Origin: a bacterium
GTDB lineage: Bacteria > Patescibacteriota > Patescibacteriia > JAHIZJ01
Assembly: GCA_030699685.1 (NCBI GenBank)
Contig: JAUYLJ010000027.1
Location: forward strand, 12,601 to 76,600
DNA: 64,000 nt
Direction of reading: 5' to 3'
The number at the start of each line of letters is the position of its first letter. Position 1 is the first letter of the stretch. The notes under the pieces were generated by a model that was not told where the DNA came from, ran no database searches, and was given only the letters and a program-made list of their open reading frames with translations. The position numbers and the translations under genes are program-made. This document shows, piece by piece, positions 40,248 through 47,843 of the stretch.

Positions 40248-40466
40248 TCTAAATATTCAACGCTGGGTATTACTGTGACATTGCGGTCATGAATTTTGTA
40301 TTTCTCTCCAGAATATTCATGCAATAAATACTCTGGAGAGCCCCGAACCATACGATAGTCCGGGGAAGGTGGAAAGCGGCAGGAACGCTTCCCGGAGGAA
40401 ATAGCGAGGAACTTTTTCAGCCTGCCGACCCGATCACCTGACCGAGCCGCTGAAAAAGGGAGGGGG

Positions 40467-40634
40467 TTACCGCTCAACCCTATAGAACCTGTGGCCGCTC
40501 CACGCCATCAGCGCGAGACCGCCCAGGATACCAAAAAGGCAAGCGCAGGCCGTCAATGGCCCGATCGGCCTGGTCAGCGTGACCAGCGACCCGAGAGTCG
40601 CCAGCTCACCCAGGACCAACAAAATGATGGACAT
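40467..40634 (-). CDS. 55-aa two-TM membrane peptide
   Basis: RBS TAAGGAGGGCACC before ATG. Confidence 0.5.
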   Translation of the reverse strand: MSIILLVLGELATLGSLVTLTRPIGPLTACACLFGILGGLALMAWSGHRFYRVER

Positions 40635-40654
40635 GGTGCCCTCCTTACCTGACG

Positions 40655-40870
40655 TTATCGGGTCGGCCGAAGCCTCCCGTTGCCGTAGGTGGTGAAGAAC
40701 CCGATACACACACCTACAAACGCCAGAATCCAGCCAAGTCTGCTGATGACCAACAGCTCCGGCTGGGGTTGACCTGCCACTCCCGTCACAATGACGGCAA
40801 TGACGGTCAGCGCCGAGAATCCCGCATAGGATTTGAACAAGAAGCCCAGAAACTCATTGACCCAACACAT
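40655..40870 (-). CDS. 71-aa two-TM membrane peptide
   Basis: RBS AAGGAGG 8 nt before ATG. Confidence 0.55.
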   Translation of the reverse strand: MCWVNEFLGFLFKSYAGFSALTVIAVIVTGVAGQPQPELLVISRLGWILAFVGVCIGFFTTYGNGRLRPTR

Positions 40871-40921
40871 CTTGTATGCCTCCTTACTAACTTCACCAGC
40901 ACCTGCCGAAAGAGTATTACA

Positions 40922-41125
40922 TCAATGACCCGACGCCTCAAGAAGCCGGACCACTTCATCCCAGTTGATCAGAGCAACCACGCCCCCGACCAACCCATAT
41001 GCCCACCAAAGTTTTGTGAAAACCGTGACGGGTGCTGCCCAATGGGCGCACACCATCACAGTCAGTACCATCAGCCCGCTAAACCAAAGGGCTGATTTGA
41101 AAACCCAACCGATAACCATCTTCAT
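40922..41125 (-). CDS. 67-aa two-TM membrane peptide
   Basis: RBS GAGGAGGAG before ATG 41125. Confidence 0.5.
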   Translation of the reverse strand: MKMVIGWVFKSALWFSGLMVLTVMVCAHWAAPVTVFTKLWWAYGLVGGVVALINWDEVVRLLEASGH

Positions 41126-41453
41126 GTCTCCTCCTCGTGAGGGTAAAACAAAATCTTCCAGCGGGGTAAGAAACCACATCCCAACCTCGAGATTCGAAGT
41201 TCGGACGCTTCCAAAGTCGTTCATCGCCGTATCGATGCAGTACTTTGGAAGTACCCGGCCAGAGTCGCGTGGTGCGAAACTGGCCGGGGCGGAACACTGT
41301 CAGCGTACACTCGGCGTTCCGCCAAGACGACGCTGGTGTTCCTCGTGAGTGACGCACGAACAGGTGCCCGTGCGACACTCTTCAGCATACGCAGCCTGGA
41401 GAGCGGCCACTAACGCGATCAATTGTTCCTTGTCCACTTCTCGCTCCTTTCTA

Positions 41454-41891
41454 TCACGCTTGCTGTCGGAGGCGCGAGCGGAGGCGTCGGAGCTGAGGTA
41501 CAACCAATAGGTCGTGCTCCAACTCTCGACATCGCCAGCGCGCTTCGGCGCGAAGGCGATCCGCCTCGCGCCGCTCTGACTCCTGGCGCTCCCACTCGAT
41601 CCGCTCCTGCTCTCGCAGAAGCCAAGCCTCGAGGAAGCGCTTGAGCGTGTCCGTCAGACGGAAAGCCCTCTCCGGCCTATGGTCGGAGCAGTAGGGGTAA
41701 AGATCACCCCCGGTCTGCCCGATGTGCGGGCAGAACACACGCCGCGCCACACAGACCTTCCCGCACTGGTAGCAGGCGAAGCTACCAGCGTTGGCATCGC
41801 TCAGGAGTCCACGCACCTCGGCCTCTTTGAAGGCCTTCGGTACGAAAAATCCTCCCTCGGACAAAACCATGATCGAGATAGAGAACAACAT
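41454..41891 (-). CDS. hypothetical Cys-cluster protein with Arg/Glu-rich C-terminal helix
   Basis: RBS AAGGAGG 5 nt before ATG; CYQCGKVC...FCPH...YCSDH. Confidence 0.5.
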   Translation of the reverse strand: MLFSISIMVLSEGGFFVPKAFKEAEVRGLLSDANAGSFACYQCGKVCVARRVFCPHIGQTGGDLYPYCSDHRPERAFRLTDTLKRFLEAWLLREQERIEWERQESERREADRLRAEARWRCRELEHDLLVVPQLRRLRSRLRQQA

Positions 41892-42390
41892 GCGTTCCTC
41901 CTTACTGACTTTTCCGGCGTCAGCTGCCGTTGTAGAGAAACCATTTTCTCTCCGCAGCCCTCATCACAAATAATGGTAGTGAAAAGCTTTGGAAGAAAGG
42001 GCGAGGAGGAGGGACCACGTCATTTGCAGCGGGCGCGATTGAGCCGATCGCCGAAGCTGCATGCGTTGGATATACACCCTCACTCCTCGCGTCGTTGTTT
42101 GCGTCCCGATATCTCGATCCGGACGCTCCTAAAATCGTTCTCCGACACAGACTTATTCGACAAGAATCAAGCGAGCTGCAAAATAATAACTTTATGAGAA
42201 CGACTTAAGGAGAATAAATTGTCAACGTTCATGCCGTAAGTGAATCCTCTTTTCAGCGCTCCTCCCAGAATACCGGGGAAACGCTGAAAAGGGAATTCGA
42301 ATCACGCGATGACTCGTCGTCAGCCGCGTCGATCTGGAGGTGAGAATGAACACAGTTATGACCCGGCTATGCCGAATGCTCCGTGTTCTA

Positions 42391-42645
42391 CCAGTTTCTT
42401 ATGAAAATCTTCAGTTCGCACCGAAGACAATCATCTCCGCTGGTTTCCTCCGCCTCCAAGTCGACGCGGATGACTAAGCAAAAGTTCTTAGATAAGGACA
42501 GTGATCTGGAGGAGAGATGGTGGAATCAGTTTGTTCCTTCCGAAGAAGAAAGCTCTGACTCCCACCAGTTTCTTATGAAAGTCTTCAGTTCGCACCGAAG
42601 ACAATCATCTCCACTGGTTTCCTCCGCCTCCAAGTCAGTGTCCTT
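42391..42645. repeat. two 72-bp direct repeats (3 mismatches) spaced 183 bp apart
   Basis: 42391-42462 and 42574-42645. Confidence 0.7.
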
Positions 42646-43212
42646 GCCCTCGGGTTTGGGGCGACCGGATTCGGTCCAATATATGTTCGTGACCGCCGGT
42701 CATACCGCCCCAAATTCGGGGACAAGCATTGCTGATGAGATTTCTCGACAGTGATCTCTCGACTTCGCTCGAGATTGATTTCCTCGCTCTGCGAGGAAAT
42801 CAAAAAGGTGGTGGCTCGCTATCGTGTTTTCCGTGGAGAAAAAAACACCGTAGCAAACCACCACCTTCATAGGATTGGTGTTTGGAATCGGCGGCCTTTC
42901 TCCTCAGAAAGCCGTTGCGTTGTAATGTGCCTCCGTTTGAAAACTTCCAGCGTAACCGCGCATGATAGCGCACCTGGCAAAACTTGTCAAGACCTCTCTG
43001 GAGTAGTTTCGCTAATATTAGGCAAGATAAATTACTTTTGAGAACTTAAAAAAACGACTACAAAAGGCCAAAATCTAGACCGTGTATCATTCAATATTAA
43101 TGTCGTGATCAGCGCCAGCCGTTTTTCCCTGCGGGCTTGAAGGCTCTGGCTACACACAACAATCCAGCTTTCTCCTCTATACTACCGTTCTGGTTTCCGA
43201 TACAATACACGC

Positions 43213-43644
43213 ATGCCGCCATCAAATAAAAATTTCCACGTCGGATTGAAAGCGATTATTCGTCGTAATTCTGAATTTCTGGGTGTCAAAAACACCCGCA
43301 ACCGCTACTGGACCCTGCCCGGCGGCCGGATCGAGGAACGCGACCTGGATTTGCCGGTAATCGAATGTCTACGCCGGGAGTTGCTCGAGGAGCTTGGTTT
43401 ACGAGCGAAAATTGAAATAGGTAAGGTATTTGACATGATTAAATACAAGACCTCTCCTGACGACCATTCGCCGAATCAAAAAATATTTCTGATATGCTAT
43501 GATTGTCAGTTCGACGGGGGTGAAATTGTGCTCAAAAAAGACGAGCTGGAACAATTTGAATGGCTCGATAAAGAAAACTACAAGCAATATGATTTCGGCG
43601 TACTGCAGAAAACAATTGATCGCTTCGTCGCGGAAAAACTCTAA
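43213..43644 (+). CDS. NUDIX hydrolase
   Basis: GGRIEERDLDLPVIECLRRELLEELGL Nudix box. Confidence 0.8.
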   Translation: MPPSNKNFHVGLKAIIRRNSEFLGVKNTRNRYWTLPGGRIEERDLDLPVIECLRRELLEELGLRAKIEIGKVFDMIKYKTSPDDHSPNQKIFLICYDCQFDGGEIVLKKDELEQFEWLDKENYKQYDFGVLQKTIDRFVAEKL

Positions 43645-43685
43645 CGCTTGCGTATTGTGAAAATAAGAGGCAGTATGAAAAACGT

Positions 43686-43720
43686 GCCGGGGTGGTGGAA
43701 TGGTAGACACAAGGGACTTA
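43686..43720 (+). pseudogene. tRNA-Leu(TAA) 5' part (acceptor, D-arm, anticodon stem through CTTA) with no 3' part
   Basis: identical to 43804-43838 of the intact copy. Confidence 0.7.
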
Positions 43721-43770
43721 CCCCGAACTACGATGAGTTCGGGGTACCCGGTACCCAACGCGGTTCCGGG
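43721..43770 (+). repeat. 50-nt GC-rich double-hairpin element, copy 1
   Basis: CCCCGAAC-TACGATGA-GTTCGGGG plus CCCGGTAC-CCAACGCG-GTTCCGGG. Confidence 0.8.
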
Positions 43771-43803
43771 TAAAATCCTTCAGCACATCACAACAAAAAG
43801 AAT

Positions 43804-43889
43804 GCCGGGGTGGTGGAATGGTAGACACAAGGGACTTAAAATCCCTCGACCACAAGGTCGTGCGAGTTCGAATCTCGCCCCCGGCACCA
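43804..43889 (+). tRNA. tRNA-Leu(TAA), intact, with CCA
   Basis: acceptor GCCGGGG/CCCCGGC, anticodon loop CTTAAAA, long variable arm, T-loop TTCGAAT. Confidence 0.85.
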
Positions 43890-43914
43890 ACAATGACAGC
43901 AGGGAGAGTATGGA

Positions 43915-44196
43915 GTGTGTATGTACTATGTGTATGTGCTTCGGGGCGTAACACAAGATCGTTACTACATCGGTCGTACCGAGAATCTTCAAAAGAGAAT
44001 CTCGCAACACAAAAAAGGGGAGGTTTGGACAAGCCGTCGACTTGGTGTTTGGCAATTAATGTTTTATGAAGCGTTTCTTGCCAAAGCCGATGCCATTCGC
44101 CGAGAGCGATACCTGAAAACAAGCAAAGGAAGATCTACACTGAATCTCATGCTTAGAGAAAGCTTGCGTCTCGTGGCTTACCCCGAACTACGATGA
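43915..44196 (+). CDS. small GIY-YIG nuclease family protein (YhbQ/UPF0213-like)
   Basis: YYVYVLRG...[20 protein letters not shown]...RRERYLK; stop codon lies inside hairpin copy 2. Confidence 0.7.
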   Translation: MCMYYVYVLRGVTQDRYYIGRTENLQKRISQHKKGEVWTSRRLGVWQLMFYEAFLAKADAIRRERYLKTSKGRSTLNLMLRESLRLVAYPELR

Positions 44197-44230
44197 GTTC
44201 GGGGTACCCGGTACCCAACGCGGTACCGGG
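44181..44230 (+). repeat. 50-nt GC-rich double-hairpin element, copy 2 (1 mismatch vs copy 1)
   Basis: preceded by CTTA, followed by TAAAATCC, as for copy 1. Confidence 0.8.
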
Positions 44231-44283
44231 TAAAATCCCTCGACCACAAGGTCGTGCGAGTTCGAATCTCGCCCCCGGCACCA
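44231..44283 (+). pseudogene. tRNA-Leu(TAA) 3' part (53 nt, identical to 43837-43889) with no 5' part
   Basis: seen in sequence. Confidence 0.7.
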
Positions 44284-44475
44284 AAACCTCACTACCGTGA
44301 GAATCCTTATTTTGATCGCAAAAACGTTTCGATGTCTTCCGCCGGGTACCACTAATATATTACCCTGGGCTTGACCGGCAACAAAACAAAATGAACAACA
44401 CCGGACAAAGACCCGTTTTTAGCGCCGCCTAAAAAAGACTGACGAAAAAGATCGGCAGGGTATCTGGCGTTAAAC

Positions 44476-45405
44476 CTATTTACGCTTTGGCGCTTCTTCA
44501 CTCTTCTCCGCCAGCGCGATCGGCATGACGATTTGCAGGGCGATGATGTTCAGCAGAATTTGATTGTTGTAGCTGAAGTCGCGACCTTTGTCTTTTTCGC
44601 CAAGGAAAATCGCTCCTATCACCCGTTCGCCCATAATAAGCGGCGCGGCCAACATTGTTTCTACCGAATACGGCGCGCGCAGGGATTTTTGTTTCCGATA
44701 CATTTCCTTCGTGACCACCACTTCGCGCTTGCTTTTGTAGACCAGGCCGAGAATCGGATCATCTTTCAGTCCAATTTTGAGATTCTTCATGAACTGGTTG
44801 TTTTCGTATCCACGCGCGTCATAAATTTGTATCCGATCCTCGTCGGGGTGGAAGAGGACAAAAGCGGCGCGGTTGGCCTTGATGATCTGTAATATTGTCG
44901 TCAGCACCAAATCAGTCAAATGATCGAGGTCTTCGTACGTTGAGGCAACTTTACTGGTCGTGAAAATCGTCATCAGCTTGTTGTTGGCGTGATGCAAACG
45001 CAAGTCAAGGTTGGCAATAACGTTCGCATATACCTTGCTGACAATTTGGGGGTAGTCTTCGGCCAGCTTGATGAAATCCTTGCCGCGAATTTCAATCAAA
45101 TCGCCTTCTTCCATCACTTCACCATTATGCTGGTGCTTTAACTTGGGTCCGGTCAAGGCGCTTTCCACCGCAAAATTATCCTTGCCTAGAAAAGCGAGGG
45201 TCTGCACTTCATTCTCAAAAACTCGATAGATATGGACTTTACCGCTCAAGACGATAAAAAACGAACGCCGCTGGTCGCCTTGTTCGAAAAGCACCTCGCC
45301 TTTTCTGTATTTCTTGATCGTGATGATCTTCGCCAGCACCTGCAGTTCAGGCGAACTCAAGCCATCGAAGACTCCGATCTTTTCAAGTATTTTTGTATCA
45401 ATCAT
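44476..45405 (-). CDS. cyclic-nucleotide-binding domain plus GAF domain protein
   Basis: Crp-like cNMP-binding beta-barrel motifs (RKGEVLFEQGD...FFIVLSGKV) then GAF-like C-terminal half. Confidence 0.6.
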   Translation of the reverse strand: MIDTKILEKIGVFDGLSSPELQVLAKIITIKKYRKGEVLFEQGDQRRSFFIVLSGKVHIYRVFENEVQTLAFLGKDNFAVESALTGPKLKHQHNGEVMEEGDLIEIRGKDFIKLAEDYPQIVSKVYANVIANLDLRLHHANNKLMTIFTTSKVASTYEDLDHLTDLVLTTILQIIKANRAAFVLFHPDEDRIQIYDARGYENNQFMKNLKIGLKDDPILGLVYKSKREVVVTKEMYRKQKSLRAPYSVETMLAAPLIMGERVIGAIFLGEKDKGRDFSYNNQILLNIIALQIVMPIALAEKSEEAPKRK

Positions 45406-45577
45406 ACTTTGTCTCTTGAGGACAGTATACCATGAATACTGATAAAAATCAATCTCAAAAAACCGAACGATTTGTAATTTCCGATAGTCAAAGCAGCGCT
45501 ACAAATTTTCGACTGTGCTCGAACCAAGATTCCTAACAGGCTCGGTTCTCAACGATGCCCAAATAGTATCAACTATT

Positions 45578-45766
45578 CTTCGAGCGAACCCTGTACCCGA
45601 GCGTGTACTCACGTGAGTGGTACAGGGGGAAGTCGAGAAGTATGGTTTTTGTTTGTCTCAACCAGGTTCTCGACTCCGCTCGAACAATATTATTGCTAAT
45701 TTTCTTCAAACGGACTTTATACCCGACCCTGTGCCACTCGCGCGAGTACAGGAGGAGTCGAGAAAA
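45578..45766. repeat. two about 63-bp imperfect direct repeats, each a hairpin (CCTGTRCC...GGTACAGG) with palindromic loop, plus inverted partial copy
   Basis: 45578-45640 and 45703-45766; TCACGTGA and ACTCGCGCGAGT palindromes. Confidence 0.5.
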
Positions 45767-45818
45767 AAGCCAGGCGAACTGCCTACACTGCCACCCAGTG
45801 TTGTATTTGGAGATTTGA

Positions 45819-46397
45819 TCATTTGTTTTCTTCATGACCAATTGATTTTGCCTTTTTCAAAATCTTTGGCAATTTCTGGAAATCTTCAATCAAAGTCTGC
45901 CGCAATCCGCCATGATACAGCGCGGCCGCCGGATGATACAAAGGCACATACAATCGCCCATGACGTCGGAAGACTTTGCCATGCTCTTGGGAGATTCGAA
46001 AGTCGGCCGGTAAAAACTGGTGCATAGCATGCCGGCCCAGGGTGACAATCAGCGTCGGTTTGATCACGGCGAGCTGCCGTTCGAGATAGGGTAAACAGGC
46101 AATAATCTCTTCCGGCTCGGGGTCGCGGTTGTTCGGCGGACGATGTTTAACTATATTGCCAATAAACACATCTTCTCGTTTCCAAGCTACCGACTCCAGC
46201 ATCTCGTTGAGAAACTTGCCGGCCGCTCCCACGAAAGGTTTTCCCTGTTTATCTTCTTCAGCGCCAGGTCCTTCGCCGATAAAAAACACATCGGCTTTTT
46301 CATTGCCATCACCAGGCACACCATGAGTGGCGTCTTTGAACAAGGGGCATTTGCGGCAATCATGAACCTCTTTCGCGATGTCGTGAAGCGTCTCCAT
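45819..46397 (-). CDS. udg: uracil-DNA glycosylase, family 4
   Basis: CRKCPL and GEGPGAEED motifs. Confidence 0.8.
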   Translation of the reverse strand: METLHDIAKEVHDCRKCPLFKDATHGVPGDGNEKADVFFIGEGPGAEEDKQGKPFVGAAGKFLNEMLESVAWKREDVFIGNIVKHRPPNNRDPEPEEIIACLPYLERQLAVIKPTLIVTLGRHAMHQFLPADFRISQEHGKVFRRHGRLYVPLYHPAAALYHGGLRQTLIEDFQKLPKILKKAKSIGHEENK

Positions 46398-46403
46398 GTT
46401 ACA

Positions 46404-46865
46404 TCACGCTTGGTGTATTCGTGCCATTTCCACTGCCGTCCAGCCGGCTTCGTATCCTTTGTTGTGTTTCCCGCGCGTCCGGGCGCGGGCGAGCGTCAGG
46501 GTCTGGCAGGTTAATACGCCAAAAATCACCGGCACTTTCGTATCAATTGCCACGCGCTGCAAACCATAACTGACTGATTGGGCTAGATACTGATAGTGGT
46601 CAGTTTTGCCTTTGATCAGCGCGCCCAGGCAAATGATGGCGTCGTATCGATTGTTTTGAGCCAGATGCTGGGCAGCCCAAGGCAGCTCAAACGAACCAGG
46701 CACGGCTATTTGAGTAATCCTGGCCGTCGCCACCCCTGCTTCACCCAGCGCCGTCATCGCGCCTTCACGCAGCGCCTGGGTAATTTCTGAGTTGAACCTG
46801 GCAGTCACCACGGCAAAACGAGAGCGGGGCGGGGCGGTGGTTTTTTTGATCGGCGCTGTTTTCAT
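46404..46865 (-). CDS. ribH: 6,7-dimethyl-8-ribityllumazine synthase
   Basis: RFAVVTARFNSEIT...lumazine synthase core. Confidence 0.8.
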   Translation of the reverse strand: MKTAPIKKTTAPPRSRFAVVTARFNSEITQALREGAMTALGEAGVATARITQIAVPGSFELPWAAQHLAQNNRYDAIICLGALIKGKTDHYQYLAQSVSYGLQRVAIDTKVPVIFGVLTCQTLTLARARTRGKHNKGYEAGWTAVEMARIHQA

Positions 46866-47455
46866 TTTTTTCTTGGTAAGTGTCTCTCTAAATACTTGGC
46901 CATCATGTCAACCTCGATATTGACCCGATCGCCCACCTTCTTGTGCTTCAAGATTGTGTGCTCCAGAGTAAAAGGAATGATGGCTACCTGGAATTTTGTA
47001 GTATCAGGGTTAAGCCCGGTCAAACTAACGCCGTCCAGAGCGATGAAACCTTTGTCAGCCACGTATTTCATCAGGCGCTTCGGTAATTCCACCGTCAATA
47101 TAATATCATGGCCCGTGTCGAATATATCCATAATTGAACCAGTGGCGTCAATATGCCCCTGGACGAGATGACCCCCAAGTTCGTCAAAAGGGCGAACGGC
47201 CGCTTCGAGATTCACTTTATCATCGACAGACAAAGACCGAAAGGTGGTTTTGCTCAGCGTCTCGCGGATCACTTCCACTCGAAATAACCCGGCTGATTTT
47301 TTGACCACGGTCAGGCAGGCCCCGTTGACAGCGACACTGCCGCTTTTTTTCAGCCGGGAAAGAATACGTTTTGCTTTGACATCAACCACCCAAGCGCGCT
47401 GGCGCTTGGTGATCGCTTGGATGGTGCCAATTTCATTAATGATGCCGCTAAACAC
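46862..47455 (-). CDS. ribE: riboflavin synthase
   Basis: MFSGIINEIGTI N-terminal lumazine-binding repeat. Confidence 0.8.
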   Translation of the reverse strand: MFSGIINEIGTIQAITKRQRAWVVDVKAKRILSRLKKSGSVAVNGACLTVVKKSAGLFRVEVIRETLSKTTFRSLSVDDKVNLEAAVRPFDELGGHLVQGHIDATGSIMDIFDTGHDIILTVELPKRLMKYVADKGFIALDGVSLTGLNPDTTKFQVAIIPFTLEHTILKHKKVGDRVNIEVDMMAKYLERHLPRKK

Positions 47456-47465
47456 GTTTGTAAGT

Positions 47466-47843
47466 TTATTGATTGTCGCGAAGAATTTTTTTCGCCCTGC
47501 TCACGTCGCGCCGAATTTCCCGAAGCAGTGGTGCTTGTGAACTAAAAGTTTTGATTGGCCGGATTTTTTTAACGATTCGGGCTTCAAGCTGTCTTCCGCG
47601 CGCGTTGCCGGTATAATCCAGGAGGTAGACTTCAATCTTGCGTTTTCTTTTGTCGCGGACAAAGGGCACTCCGATAATCACAATCGCTTGATAACGATTC
47701 TTTCCCAGCTCAGCCCAAGCCGCGTAGACACCGCTCGGCACCGGATGCCGCTGGAAGTATCGGCGGTCTAAATTGGCCGTCGGGTATCCCTGCTGTCCGC
47801 CATAGCCCTCGCCGCGGATCACTCGGCCTTTAACGAGTAGCAC
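47466..47843 (-). CDS. riboflavin kinase (RibF C-terminal-domain type, stand-alone)
   Basis: GRVIRGEGYGGQQGYPTANL...GVYA motifs. Confidence 0.6.
   Translation of the reverse strand: MLLVKGRVIRGEGYGGQQGYPTANLDRRYFQRHPVPSGVYAAWAELGKNRYQAIVIIGVPFVRDKRKRKIEVYLLDYTGNARGRQLEARIVKKIRPIKTFSSQAPLLREIRRDVSRAKKILRDNQ

Noticed and set aside
39093-41125. Integron cassette array (attC sites) explaining the tandem small ORFs
   Set aside because: Inter-ORF gaps (20-50 nt) are too short to hold attC sites (at least 57 bp), and no intI-like recombinase is present; only one CGAAC/GTTCG hairpin found (40331-40355).
42391-42645. CRISPR array
   Set aside because: Only two copies, 72 bp long with a 111-bp spacer, and no cas genes in the window; does not fit CRISPR repeat/spacer geometry.
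42383-42754. 123-aa ORF containing an internal 24-aa duplication
   Set aside because: The duplication is the translation of two 72-bp DNA direct repeats; no RBS; Ser-rich low-complexity. Treated as a non-coding repeat.
43721-44230. Group I intron with GIY-YIG homing endonuclease in tRNA-Leu(UAA) anticodon loop
   Set aside because: The inserted unit between tRNA halves is a 50-nt hairpin pair (too short for group I/II catalytic cores). The GIY-YIG ORF is a small YhbQ-like protein lying outside the 50-nt unit, and an intact intronless tRNA copy lies between the halves. Kept as an open hypothesis in findings but not called an intron.
45569-46027. Three overlapping ORFs (45569-45841 minus, 45603-45818 plus, 45617-46027 plus) in the GAF/UDG intergenic region
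   Set aside because: They coincide with the palindromic repeat array, overlap each other and the UDG gene, and have no RBS; interpreted as repeat-derived artefacts.
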